Of a DNA stretch of 64,000 bases, positions 18,876-28,752 are shown in pieces. The notes under the pieces are model-generated. The model worked only from the letters and a program-made list of their open reading frames with translations, was not told the origin of the DNA and did no database searches. Numbering within the stretch: the stretch's first letter is position 1; each line of letters begins with the position of its first letter. A program made the translations under genes and the position numbers. Origin of the DNA: an uncultured archaeon (GTDB lineage Archaea > Iainarchaeota > Iainarchaeia > Iainarchaeales > 1-14-0-10-31-34); contig CAZSOZ010000003.1 in the NCBI GenBank assembly GCA_964608675.1, positions 53,041 to 117,040 of the forward strand, written 5' to 3'.

Positions 18876-18967
18876 AAACCGCTTTAATAAAAGAACTTAA
18901 AATGAAAAAGTATTTAATTAAGTTCATTGGATTTTATTTAGTTAGTCACTTTTTTTTGGTTTATTTT

Positions 18968-20437
18968 ATGAGTACAATAAGGACAATAGGAAAAAACGTT
19001 TGTTTTTTAAGTGCAGGGAATTTAATTCAAAAACTGCTTTCTTTGGCAATGGTAATTTATTTAGCACAAAAGCTTGGAGTAGGGGATTTTGGCGTTTATT
19101 CTTTTGCTTTTTCTTTTGTTTTAATGTTTACTGTTTTTGGCGATTTAGGGGTTGGAACATATATTTTGAGGGAAATAGCTAAAGACAAAATTAGGGCTTC
19201 AAGGCTTCTTGGAGATGCATTTATAGTTAAACTCGGCTTGTTTTTATTTGTTCTTTTAGCAATTTTTCTTTCAATACTTGCTTTTCATTTTTTTTCTCCA
19301 AATGAATACCCTTTTGTAGTGGTGTTTTTTGTTTTGCTTGCAGGCATTTCTTTATTGTTAGATTCAATGGCCGGATTGTTTAGAATGATTTTTTTTGCTT
19401 TCCAGGAAATGCAGTATGAATTTTTTGCCAACACCTTCTATAAACTTCTTTTAGTGATTTTGACTGCCGGAGTATTGTTTTTGGGTTTTGGATTAAAGGA
19501 AGTCTTTTTTGTTGCATTGTTTTCTAGTTTGGTTAATTTTGTTTTAAGTTTTGTTTTAGTACTAAAAAAATTTACTGTTCCAAAAATCCAAATAAATTTT
19601 TCTAGATACAAGAAATTAATTATTGCCGGCCTGCCTTTTTGTTTTTTGGCTGTTTTCATGTCTTTTTATGCTAATATGGATTCTATTATGCTTTCTTTTT
19701 TTAAGGGAAATATTAGTGTTGGTTATTATTCTGCTGCAATGCGTTTAATTAATACGTTGTCTTTTATTCCTGCTGCTTTTATGTCAGCTATTTTTCCTAT
19801 TATGGCTTCTTTTTTTGCTGGATCAAATAAATCCCTTAATTTGGTTATTTCAAAGTCATTCAAGTATTTATTGATTGTTGTTTTGCCTGTTGCTTTTGCT
19901 ACTACTCTTCTCTCTGGAAGAATAATTGAATTAATTTATCCTACAATTCAAGGAAACGATTTTTCGCCTGCTGCTTCTGCTTTAACTATTTTAATTTGGT
20001 TTTCTGTTTTGAATTTCTTGAATTTGATTTTTTTAAATTCTTTGGCTTCAACTGCATTTGAAAAAAAAGCTTTAATTATTGTTGGTGTTTCTTTGTTTTT
20101 TAATTTTTTTCTTAATCTTTTTTTGATTCCTTTATTTGATTTTCAAGGAGCTGCTTTTGCCAGTGTTTTGTCTCAAATTGTTTTCTTTTTGCTTGGAGCA
20201 TATTTTGTTTCAAAGTATTTCTTTGGTTTTCTTTCTTTTTTTAAACTAATTTTTAAAACAGCAGTTAAGCCTTTGATTTCAAGTTTAATTGTTTTTGGTT
20301 TTATTTACTTTTTTTTTTATTTGAATTTTTTCATTTTGATTGTGATTTCTTTAGTTCTTTATTTGATTGCATTGTATTTAATTAAAGGTTTTGATGAAAA
20401 AGATATTTCTTTTTTCAGAAAACTGATTAACAAATAG
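18968..20437 (+). CDS. Wzx/MOP-family oligosaccharide flippase
   Basis: IGKN...YLAQKLGVGDFGVYSFA, DLGV...REIA, DSIMLS...VGYYSAA, IPLFDFQGAAFA; many TM helices. Start moved to ATG 18968. Confidence 0.9.
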   Translation: MSTIRTIGKNVCFLSAGNLIQKLLSLAMVIYLAQKLGVGDFGVYSFAFSFVLMFTVFGDLGVGTYILREIAKDKIRASRLLGDAFIVKLGLFLFVLLAIFLSILAFHFFSPNEYPFVVVFFVLLAGISLLLDSMAGLFRMIFFAFQEMQYEFFANTFYKLLLVILTAGVLFLGFGLKEVFFVALFSSLVNFVLSFVLVLKKFTVPKIQINFSRYKKLIIAGLPFCFLAVFMSFYANMDSIMLSFFKGNISVGYYSAAMRLINTLSFIPAAFMSAIFPIMASFFAGSNKSLNLVISKSFKYLLIVVLPVAFATTLLSGRIIELIYPTIQGNDFSPAASALTILIWFSVLNFLNLIFLNSLASTAFEKKALIIVGVSLFFNFFLNLFLIPLFDFQGAAFASVLSQIVFFLLGAYFVSKYFFGFLSFFKLIFKTAVKPLISSLIVFGFIYFFFYLNFFILIVISLVLYLIALYLIKGFDEKDISFFRKLINK

Positions 20438-20438
20438 T

Positions 20439-21083
20439 TTATTTGAATGCAACTAAAACTATTGTATTGTTTGTTATGCCAATTAAACCCAAAAATTTTT
20501 GTATTGATATAACATGTTTTGTTTTTAGTATTCCTTTTCTTATCAGCCAGCCGAATCCTCTGATGCTTTTGCTTTCATGTTCAACAGAAAAATTTCTGAA
20601 TCCTGCATCAAATGCCACTTGCTTTAATGACTGTTTTGTAAAAGGCCTCACATGCGTGTAATCGTCATAAAAGCTGCTGTGTTTTTTGTCATGCGTCCTA
20701 ATCCAGTCATTTGTCATTACAACAAGTTTCCCGTTTTTTTTAAGGATTCTTCTCAATTCTTTGACCATAAATAAAGGATTTTGAATGTGTTCTATTACAT
20801 AAGAAGAAAACACTGCATCAAATTCTTCGTTTTTGAATGAAAGTTTTTTTGTTAAATCCATTTGCATTGCATTCAATCCTTTTTCTTTGCAGATTTTAAT
20901 TGATTCTTCATCAAAATCTATTCCCTGAATTTGTTTTGGAGCAAGTGCAAGAAATGACCCGACACTGCATCCTGCTTCAAGGATTTTTCCTTTTACATCA
21001 GAAAAATAAGTTTGAAACAAAACACTTGTTTTTGCTGTATCAAAATTTTTTTTAGTAAACTGTTTTTCTGTGTAATAACTCAT
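20439..21083 (-). CDS. Class I SAM-dependent methyltransferase
   Basis: ILEAGCSVG, FDAVFSSYVIEH, ILKKNGKL, FYDDYTH. Confidence 0.82.
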   Translation of the reverse strand: MSYYTEKQFTKKNFDTAKTSVLFQTYFSDVKGKILEAGCSVGSFLALAPKQIQGIDFDEESIKICKEKGLNAMQMDLTKKLSFKNEEFDAVFSSYVIEHIQNPLFMVKELRRILKKNGKLVVMTNDWIRTHDKKHSSFYDDYTHVRPFTKQSLKQVAFDAGFRNFSVEHESKSIRGFGWLIRKGILKTKHVISIQKFLGLIGITNNTIVLVAFK

Positions 21084-21146
21084 TTAATCACTTTTTTATA
21101 TATTAAATCAAAACAACTATTTTAATCTTTCTTTTTTAATTCATTC

Positions 21147-21155
21147 TTGTACCAA
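21147..21155 (+). promoter_or_regulatory. TTGTACCAA motif, copy 2 (upstream of formyltransferase operon)
   Basis: CTTGTACCAAAATAG followed by TTTATTAA; intergenic. Confidence 0.65.
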
Positions 21156-21253
21156 AATAGTTTATTAATCCCTTTTCTTTTTTTATCAGAAAGCTTTAAA
21201 ATCATTTTAAGACAGGTTTACTTCAATAATCTTTTGGTGAATATGGTGAATAT

Positions 21254-22000
21254 ATGAATAATCCGAAAATTGTTGTAATGGGAAAAAATAAGATTGCCTG
21301 GGAATGCAGCAAGTTTTTACTAGAGCAAAAAGAAAATATTGTGGGGGTTGTTGTTGGCGGAAAAGCGTGGCAGGAAAGCCTTGAAACTTTTGCGAAAGAA
21401 AATAATCTTCCTTATTGGAATTTTGAAAAAATTAATTCCCCTGAGGCTGTTCAGAAGTTAAAGGAATTAGAGCCTGACTTCATTTTTTCTTTTCAGTTTG
21501 ACCAGATTCTTAAAAAACAGGTAATTGAAATCCCAAACAAAGGCTGTATTAACCTTCATTTTGCTTTTCTTCCTAATTACAGGGGCTGTCATACTATAGC
21601 AAAGGCAATGCTGAACAAAGAACAATTTCATGGAGTTACTTTGCATTATATGGTTGAAGGCATTGATTCAGGGAATATTATTTCACAAAAAAAAGTTAAG
21701 ATTGAAAAACAATGGACTGCAAGGAACTTATACGATAAACTAACAGAAGAAGGAGTTAACTTGTTTAAGGAAACATGGCCTTTGCTTAAAGAAGAAAAAA
21801 TTGAACCAAAAACTCAAGGAAAAAATTTTTCTTATTATGACCAAAATTCAGTCAACTACAAAGAGTTAGCTAAACTTGACCTAAACAAATTTGATTCATG
21901 GCAGATTAAGGCAATGATTTTTCCGCCTTTTCAGTATCCTTACTTTGAATTAGATGGACTGAAGTTTTTTATTACTAAAGTGGAAAAGAAAAAGGAGTGA
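21254..22000 (+). CDS. Sugar N-formyltransferase (Fmt/GART family)
   Basis: INLHFAFLPNYRG (catalytic N-x-H), GVTLHYM, IDSGNII (catalytic D); short form; first gene before the aminotransferase. Confidence 0.85.
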   Translation: MNNPKIVVMGKNKIAWECSKFLLEQKENIVGVVVGGKAWQESLETFAKENNLPYWNFEKINSPEAVQKLKELEPDFIFSFQFDQILKKQVIEIPNKGCINLHFAFLPNYRGCHTIAKAMLNKEQFHGVTLHYMVEGIDSGNIISQKKVKIEKQWTARNLYDKLTEEGVNLFKETWPLLKEEKIEPKTQGKNFSYYDQNSVNYKELAKLDLNKFDSWQIKAMIFPPFQYPYFELDGLKFFITKVEKKKE

Positions 22001-22004
22001 AAAA

Positions 22005-23108
22005 ATGAAAGTAAATTTTGTTGATTTAAAAAAAATGCATGAACCCATAAGAAATGAAATTGATTTTGCAATAAAAGAAATAGTAGACAATACTGCGTTT
22101 GTTTTAGGCAAGCCGGTTGAATTATTTGAAGAAAATTTTGCTTCTTATTGTCAGGCAAAGTTTGGTGTAGGAGTCAGTTCAGGAACTGCTGCATTGCATT
22201 TGTCTTTTCTTTCTTTGGGAATAGGAAAAGGAGATGAAGTGATTACTGTTCCAAACACTTTTTTTGCTACAGTAGAAGCAATTTTGTACACTGGAGCTAA
22301 ACCTGTTTTTGTTGATGTACAGGAAGATTCATTTAATTTGGATGCAGAAAAACTTGAAGAAAAAATTTCAGATAAAACTAAAGCAATAATTCCAGTGCAT
22401 TTATATGGTCAGCCTGCAGACATGAAGCCAATTCAAGAAATTGCAGAAAAACACGATTTAAAGATTGTTGAAGATGCCTGTCAGGCTCATGGGGCAGAAT
22501 ACAACGGAAAAAAAGCAGGTTCTTTAGCGGACCTTTCTTGTTTTAGTTTTTATCCTGCAAAAAATTTAGGTGCTTTTGGCGAAGGCGGAATGATTACAGG
22601 AAACAATGAAGAATTAATTGAAAAAGCCCGAACTTTAAGAGCCCATGGAGAAAAACCAAAAAACACTCACAACATTGTAGGATTTAATTATCGTTTAGAG
22701 GCATTGCAGGCTTCAGTTTTGAATGTTAAATTAAAGAAATTAGATGAATGGAATTCAATGAGAAGGAATGCTGCAAAAAATTACAATGAAGCCTTGAATG
22801 GATTTGAAGGAGTAATTCTTCCAAAACAAATGCCTTATGCAAAGCATGTTTATCATTTGTTTGTTGCAAGAGTAAAAGAAAGAGAGAAAATACAGAATTT
22901 ATTGAAACAAAATGAAATTTTTACTGGCATCCATTATCCTATTCCTGTTCATTTACAGCCGGCTCTTTCTGATTTCTCTTATAATAAAGGAGATTTCCCT
23001 GTTGCAGAAAAATTAATGAGTGAAATAATTTCTTTGCCAATGCATCCTTTTTTAACTGAAGAAGAAATTGGTTTTGTAGGAGAAAAATTGAAAGAGGTAA
23101 TAAAATGA
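22005..23108 (+). CDS. DegT/DnrJ/EryC1/StrS sugar aminotransferase
   Basis: SSGTAAL, PVHLYGQPAD, EDACQAHG, FSFYPAKNLG (PLP Lys), HYPIP. Confidence 0.93.
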   Translation: MKVNFVDLKKMHEPIRNEIDFAIKEIVDNTAFVLGKPVELFEENFASYCQAKFGVGVSSGTAALHLSFLSLGIGKGDEVITVPNTFFATVEAILYTGAKPVFVDVQEDSFNLDAEKLEEKISDKTKAIIPVHLYGQPADMKPIQEIAEKHDLKIVEDACQAHGAEYNGKKAGSLADLSCFSFYPAKNLGAFGEGGMITGNNEELIEKARTLRAHGEKPKNTHNIVGFNYRLEALQASVLNVKLKKLDEWNSMRRNAAKNYNEALNGFEGVILPKQMPYAKHVYHLFVARVKEREKIQNLLKQNEIFTGIHYPIPVHLQPALSDFSYNKGDFPVAEKLMSEIISLPMHPFLTEEEIGFVGEKLKEVIK

Positions 23109-24040
23109 AAGTTGGGGTTATTGGAGCAGGCTATTTTGGAAAAAACCATGTAAGAGAATATGTTAATTCAGGGTGTGATGTTACAGTATGCGATTTAAAA
23201 GAAGAAAACCTTAATGCAGTGAAAGAAAAACATAAAGTGAACACAACAAAAGACTTGAATGAGTTATTGAATGATTCTGAATTAAAGGCTGTAAGCGTTT
23301 GTACTCAGAATTCAACTCATTTTGATATAGCAAAAAAGTTTTTGGAAAAAGGAAAGCATGTTTTATTGGAAAAACCAATGACTTTGGATTCAAAACAGGC
23401 TTTTGAGTTGGTTGAATTAGCAGAAAAAAGCAGGGTAATTTTAAGTATTGGTCATATTTTTCGTTATAATAATGGTTTAAGAAAATTAAAGGAAATGATT
23501 TCTGAAGGAGAATTAGGCGAAATTTTTTTGGCAAGATTGGTTTGGACTAATTTGAATCCTCCTTTTGAAGACAACAGGGACATTTATTTTGATTTAGGGC
23601 CTCATGCTTTGGATATAATTTATTTTATTTTAGGAAAGCTTCCAAATAAAGTTTCGTGCAGGGGAATTCCTTCAAGGGAAAACGCTTCACAGGATGAAAC
23701 TGCTTTCATTAATTGTGTTGCAGGAAACACTTTGATTAACATTGATGTAAGCTGGGTTACTCCAGAAAAAAAGAGAACTGTTTTTGTAGTTGGTTCAAAA
23801 AAGTCTGCTTTAATTGACTGTATGACACAGCAAATCACTTTAATTAATAATTCTGATATGAGCGAAAAAGAAATTTTTGTTCAGGCAAGCAATCCTTTAG
23901 TTGAAGAAATATTTGACTTCCTTAACGCAGTAAAACAGAATAGCAAAACTGTTTCAGAAGGAAAAGTTGGGGCAGAAATAGTGAAATTAATTGAATTATG
24001 CCATAAATCAATTAAAGAACAAAAAACAGTTTCTTTTTAG
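23105..24040 (+). CDS. Gfo/Idh/MocA oxidoreductase (WbpB/WlbA-like sugar 3-dehydrogenase candidate)
   Basis: VIGAGYFG, HVLLEKPM, DLGPHALD. Confidence 0.85.
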   Translation: MKVGVIGAGYFGKNHVREYVNSGCDVTVCDLKEENLNAVKEKHKVNTTKDLNELLNDSELKAVSVCTQNSTHFDIAKKFLEKGKHVLLEKPMTLDSKQAFELVELAEKSRVILSIGHIFRYNNGLRKLKEMISEGELGEIFLARLVWTNLNPPFEDNRDIYFDLGPHALDIIYFILGKLPNKVSCRGIPSRENASQDETAFINCVAGNTLINIDVSWVTPEKKRTVFVVGSKKSALIDCMTQQITLINNSDMSEKEIFVQASNPLVEEIFDFLNAVKQNSKTVSEGKVGAEIVKLIELCHKSIKEQKTVSF

Positions 24041-24048
24041 GTTAAAAA

Positions 24049-24963
24049 ATGAAAGTCTGTGTTATAATCCCAACTTTAAACGAAGAAGAGTTTATTGGAA
24101 AACTAATTGATTCAATTAATTCAAATTCTTATAAAAAAATAGAAGTAATTGTAGTTGATGACGGTTCAACAGACAAAACAGTTGAAATAGCCAAAAGCAA
24201 AGGAGCAAAAGTTTTTGTTAATTCTCCTGGAAGAAGGGGTCCTTCCTTTGGATGGAATTTTGCTGCAAAAAATACTACTGCAGAGATTTTATGCATTCTA
24301 GGAGCGGATTTCTTTATTTCAGATAAAGATTTCATCAAAAAAGCAGTTCAGGCATTTGATGAAAACACTGTTGCAGTTTACACTTCTTACACTACAATTC
24401 AGGATACTTTTATTGAAAGAATTGCTACAAAAAAAATAGGAGTTTCATTTGAGCCAAGGTTTATCAGAAAAGATGTTTTTCTTAAATTAGGGGGTTTTCC
24501 TTTGATTGGTTTTGGCGAAGACCAAATTTTTTCTTATAAACTCAAAAAGTTTATTAAAGAAAACAATTTAAAAGAAAAAATAGTTAAAGACGCATTTTTT
24601 TCAGGTCACGGAGTGCATTCTTTAAGTGAAATGTACAAGCAGGCTGAATGGTATGGAAAAACTTCAATTCCTTTCATTAAATTGGTTCCAAATGAATTCA
24701 AATTAAAGCAATTCACTTCAGTTTTTTTGCGCCCATTTTATTTCCTTTCTTTTATTTTTTCACTTCTTTCAGTTTACTTTTTTCCTTTAATTGTTTTTTC
24801 AATTCCATTTTTTTTGATTTACTTTAAAATAATTTTTGAGTCAATTAAAGCAAAAAACTTTTTTGTTTTAGGAAAAACTTTTACTTTCCTGTTTTTTGGG
24901 ATGGGAATGTTACATGGATTGTTTCTTTATTTAAGTGGAATAAACAGAAAAACAGGCCATTAA
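24049..24963 (+). CDS. Glycosyltransferase family 2 with C-terminal TM helices
   Basis: VIIPTLNEE, VVDDGSTD, GGFP...GED. Confidence 0.85.
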   Translation: MKVCVIIPTLNEEEFIGKLIDSINSNSYKKIEVIVVDDGSTDKTVEIAKSKGAKVFVNSPGRRGPSFGWNFAAKNTTAEILCILGADFFISDKDFIKKAVQAFDENTVAVYTSYTTIQDTFIERIATKKIGVSFEPRFIRKDVFLKLGGFPLIGFGEDQIFSYKLKKFIKENNLKEKIVKDAFFSGHGVHSLSEMYKQAEWYGKTSIPFIKLVPNEFKLKQFTSVFLRPFYFLSFIFSLLSVYFFPLIVFSIPFFLIYFKIIFESIKAKNFFVLGKTFTFLFFGMGMLHGLFLYLSGINRKTGH

Positions 24964-25589
24964 TTTTTTTTGCAGAATAAAATGCAGTTATGTAGAGAGC
25001 AAAATCCAAAGAAAAAATTTGCAATAATCCTGAAAAAGTATTTTGGCGGAAAAAAGCTTAATCCAACCCAGTACAATTCTGTTTTAAATCCAAATAATTC
25101 ACTGAAACTTGCTTCATCTAAAGGAGAAGGAGGAAGCTTGTGTGTTCTGTCTTTCCAGTACTCTATTCCAGATAAATTCATTACATTAGGAAAAGCAATT
25201 ATTAATGTTCCATTTTTGTTTAATATTTCACTGCATCTTTTAATGAATTTTTCTCTTTCCTGTATTTCTATATGTTCATACACATGGTTTGCTATTATTA
25301 CATCAAATTTTTCTTTTGTATTCCAGAAATCCATATAAAAATTATTTGTTTTCAGCCATTCAACGCTTTTAGAATCAATGTCGTATCCAAAATATTTTCC
25401 TTTGTCTTTCAAAGTTTTTTTGTAAAAAAAGCTTTCTTTTAAGCATCCAAAATCAAGTATTTTTCCTTTGAATTTAATTTTTTTGTCAATAAATTTTAAT
25501 GGTTCAAAAGGAAAAAAAATTTTTTTCGGATTAATTTTTCCTTTTTTTCTTCTTTCAAAAATTTTAGAATAATCGTTTCTTTCTTTCAT
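24960..25589 (-). CDS. Class I SAM-dependent methyltransferase
   Basis: ILDFGC, GYDID, FDVIIANHVYEH, YWKDRTH; resembles 20439-21083. Confidence 0.78.
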   Translation of the reverse strand: MKERNDYSKIFERRKKGKINPKKIFFPFEPLKFIDKKIKFKGKILDFGCLKESFFYKKTLKDKGKYFGYDIDSKSVEWLKTNNFYMDFWNTKEKFDVIIANHVYEHIEIQEREKFIKRCSEILNKNGTLIIAFPNVMNLSGIEYWKDRTHKLPPSPLDEASFSELFGFKTELYWVGLSFFPPKYFFRIIANFFFGFCSLHNCILFCKKN

Positions 25590-25593
25590 TGAA

Positions 25594-26670
25594 TCACTTT
25601 CTTAAAACATTTTCATACACTTCAAGAGTTTCTTTTGCGGTTTTTTTCCAGGAAAATTTGTTTGCCTGCTTTAATCCTTTTTTTTTCAGTGAATTTTGTA
25701 AGGATTTGTTCTCTAAAACTGTTTTTATTTTTTCTCTTATTGTATTTTCATTAATTTTTTCAATTATTGCAGGCATTTTTCCTGTTATTTCAGGAATGCT
25801 TGCATGGTTTGTTGTTAATACAGGGCATCCGCACGCCATTGCTTCAAGTATTGGTAAACCAAATCCTTCATAGCTTGACGGAAAAACACTTAAGTTAACT
25901 GCATTGTAATAATCTGCCAGCTTTTCTTCTGAAACATTTTTTTCATAAAAAACATTTTCAATGTTTTCTTTTTCAATAACTTTTCTTGTTTTTTTCCTTT
26001 GTTCTCCGATTCTGATTAATTCTGCATTCATGTCTTTAACTGCTTTAATTAATTCTGTTGTGTTTTTTCTTTTTTCTTCGGATCCTACATTAAGCAGATA
26101 AATTTTGTTTTCATTTAATCCAAGTTTTTGTCTGGCTTTTTTTTTGTTTGTTTCTCTGAAAATTTTTTTATCATAACCTAAATAAATTGTTTTTATTTTT
26201 TCTTTTTTTATTCCAAATTTTTTGATTAATTCTTGTTTAGTGAAATCTGAAATAGAAATTATTTGGTTTGCTTTTTTCATGGATTTCATTGATTTTTCAA
26301 GGAAAACTCTCATTGCAAAAGGATAATCTTTTTTTAATGCTGAAGGAATTATGTCCATACAGCTTACAATTGAAGGAGAATTGTATTCTGTTATTCCTGC
26401 AATAAACTGATTGCTTGCATGAAATAAATTGTATTCTTTTGGAATTTTTTTTGGATAAAAGTAATGCGAATTAAGGGTTTTTTTGAGTACCGGAAAATTT
26501 ATTCCTGTTCCCAAACTTTTTATTTTGTTTTTTTCTTCGGTGTTTCCCAAAAAAATCATTTCAATGTCAATTTTGTTTTTTAATTCTTGAAATAAACTGA
26601 AAGCATATTTTCCTATTCCTGTTTCTTTTGGGTAATCATTTATTAATGCAGTTTTTGTAGATTTTTTCAA
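25594..26670 (-). CDS. Glycosyltransferase family 4
   Basis: TGIGKY, VGSEEKRKN, FPSSYEGFGLPILEAMACGCPV, FSWKKTA. Confidence 0.9.
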   Translation of the reverse strand: MKKSTKTALINDYPKETGIGKYAFSLFQELKNKIDIEMIFLGNTEEKNKIKSLGTGINFPVLKKTLNSHYFYPKKIPKEYNLFHASNQFIAGITEYNSPSIVSCMDIIPSALKKDYPFAMRVFLEKSMKSMKKANQIISISDFTKQELIKKFGIKKEKIKTIYLGYDKKIFRETNKKKARQKLGLNENKIYLLNVGSEEKRKNTTELIKAVKDMNAELIRIGEQRKKTRKVIEKENIENVFYEKNVSEEKLADYYNAVNLSVFPSSYEGFGLPILEAMACGCPVLTTNHASIPEITGKMPAIIEKINENTIREKIKTVLENKSLQNSLKKKGLKQANKFSWKKTAKETLEVYENVLRK

Positions 26671-27727
26671 TTTCTTTCACCTTTTTTTTCCATCCAAATT
26701 TTTTTGCTTCTTGCAGGCAATTTTTTGAAACCTTGTTTAATTCTGTTTCTTTTTTTTCAAAGATTTTTGTTAAAGAATTTTTTTCTTTAAAGTCAATCAA
26801 ATAGCCGGTTTTATTGTTTTTAATGAGTTCTCTGAATGCCTGAATGTTGTTCACTACGGGAATTGTTCCTGAGGCCATTCCTTCTATTACTGCAATTCCA
26901 AATCCTTCGTATTCTGAAGCAGAAAGATTAAATCCTGCCTGCTTTACTTTTTTTATTAATTTTTTTTCATTTATTTTTCCAGTAAAAAAAATTTTTTTTT
27001 CCAGTTTTTTTTCTTTTATTTTTTCTTTTAATTCTTTTGTTATTCTATGAAAATCTTCTCCTATTATTTCAAGGCTTTTTTTTGGAAACTGTTTGTTTGC
27101 TTCTGCAAATCTTTTAATCAGTAAATCTATTCTTTTGTTTTTTGAAATTCTTCCGACAAAAACGGTTTTGTTGAAATCTTTTTTTCCTTTGAATTCAAAT
27201 TTTTTTGTGTTAACTGCATTCTGGACAAAAACAACTTTATCTGAAACTTTTTTAAATTGTTCAAAATCGTTTCTGCTGTCTGCAATAATTTTGTCTGCTT
27301 TTTTTAAATGATGTTTAAGCCAGTAATCATTATATAATTTTTTCAGCAGACTTTTTTTGTTTGTATGAAAGATTCCTCCGTGAGTGGAAATTAAAACTGG
27401 TTTTTTGTGTTCATTTTTTTTTGCTAAAATGAAATCAGAGAAAAACCCTATTCCATGGACATGTACTAAATCAAAGTTTTTTATGAATTCAATTACTTTT
27501 GGCGCAATTTTGTATATCCTTAAATCCCAGAATGGAATCCTGTTCACTTTGATTCCTTTGATTGTTTCTTTTTCTTTTAATTTTTTTTTTCCTTTACTGC
27601 ATTTATTTAAGCAAACTAATTCTGTTTGAATTCCTGTTTTTTTTAATTCAAGGCATAAATCCAGTGTATATTTTTCTGTTCCTCCTGTGCACGGCCAAAA
27701 ATGGTGCGAAACATGCAGTACTTTCAT
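26636..27727 (-). CDS. Glycosyltransferase family 4
   Basis: WPCTGGTE, STHGGIFHT, VGRISKNKR, SEYEGFGIAVIEGMASG. Confidence 0.9.
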   Translation of the reverse strand: MKVLHVSHHFWPCTGGTEKYTLDLCLELKKTGIQTELVCLNKCSKGKKKLKEKETIKGIKVNRIPFWDLRIYKIAPKVIEFIKNFDLVHVHGIGFFSDFILAKKNEHKKPVLISTHGGIFHTNKKSLLKKLYNDYWLKHHLKKADKIIADSRNDFEQFKKVSDKVVFVQNAVNTKKFEFKGKKDFNKTVFVGRISKNKRIDLLIKRFAEANKQFPKKSLEIIGEDFHRITKELKEKIKEKKLEKKIFFTGKINEKKLIKKVKQAGFNLSASEYEGFGIAVIEGMASGTIPVVNNIQAFRELIKNNKTGYLIDFKEKNSLTKIFEKKETELNKVSKNCLQEAKKFGWKKKVKEIEKIYKNCINK

Positions 27728-28752
27728 TTTTTCACCTTAATGCTTGTTCCGATTATTCCTGAAATCAATCCTGTACAGAAAGCAAGAGTTCTGAAGAAAA
27801 TGAAAGCAGGAGAAATAATTCCGTGAATTAAATTTTTTTTAGCTGACTTTATTGCAAAAGGAGTCATTGAAACTAAAAACATTAGAACACTTATCAAAAT
27901 CATTAAAGTTAATGCAGAATTAATTGAATTGCTGATTATTTGATTGAATTGAAGAATTGAATTAAAAGCCAGTAAACTTATTTCTGTTATTAATGCATAT
28001 ATTAAAAGTATCTGGAATTTAATTGTTTGTGGGGTATAAGAATCTTTTATTATTTTATCTTTGTGTTCTTTGTACATTAAAATTCTCCAATAACCTCTCC
28101 AAAATTTTATTTTCAGGTAATTTAAAAAATTTTCAGGATGTAAATGATAAACTACTGCTTTTGGATTAAAAACCAGTTTTAATCCTTTTTTTTCCATTCT
28201 GTAGCTTAGTTCAGGGTCTTCTCCTGAAGCACTCGGAAAATTTTCGTTGAATCCATTAAAATCAAGAAAAACTTTTTTTTTGTATCCTGCAGAATAGCTT
28301 CCAATAAAATCAATTGAATTTTTTTTTTGCATTGATTTTTTCATTAAATCATATCTATCTTCTATTTCTGTCTGCACGAATTTTGCTGTAAGCGCTTTTT
28401 GTTTTGTTTTGTAGGCTCCCTGCACTCCTGCAATTTCAGGTTCTTCAAACGGGTTAAGCATTTCTTCAATCCAGTTTTTTTTTGCAATACAATCAGAGTC
28501 AGTAAATAAAATTATTTCTCCTTCAGCATTTTTTGCCCCCAAATTTCTTGCTTTCGCAGGACCTGAATTTTTTTTTTGTTGAATTAATTTTATTTTATTG
28601 AATTTTTTTATTTTTTTGATTGTGTTGTCTGTTGAACAGTCGTCAACTATAATTAATTCAAATTTTTTTTTAGTTTTTTGAGTTAAAATTGATTGAATTG
28701 TTTGTTGAATTGTTTTTTCGCAGTTGAATGCAGGGATAATTACTGAAATCAT
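27724..28752 (-). CDS. Glycosyltransferase family 2
   Basis: SVIIPAFN, VDDCSTD, GPAKARN, FTDSDC, GEDPELSYR; C-terminal TMs. Confidence 0.9.
   Translation of the reverse strand: MISVIIPAFNCEKTIQQTIQSILTQKTKKKFELIIVDDCSTDNTIKKIKKFNKIKLIQQKKNSGPAKARNLGAKNAEGEIILFTDSDCIAKKNWIEEMLNPFEEPEIAGVQGAYKTKQKALTAKFVQTEIEDRYDLMKKSMQKKNSIDFIGSYSAGYKKKVFLDFNGFNENFPSASGEDPELSYRMEKKGLKLVFNPKAVVYHLHPENFLNYLKIKFWRGYWRILMYKEHKDKIIKDSYTPQTIKFQILLIYALITEISLLAFNSILQFNQIISNSINSALTLMILISVLMFLVSMTPFAIKSAKKNLIHGIISPAFIFFRTLAFCTGLISGIIGTSIKVKK

Noticed and set aside
21236-21253. Tandem GGTGAATAT repeat before the formyltransferase
   Set aside because: Explained as a duplicated RBS with alternative starts; not seen elsewhere.
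21254-22000. Methionyl-tRNA formyltransferase (fmt)
   Set aside because: Archaea do not formylate initiator tRNA, the protein is short, and the context is a sugar aminotransferase operon.
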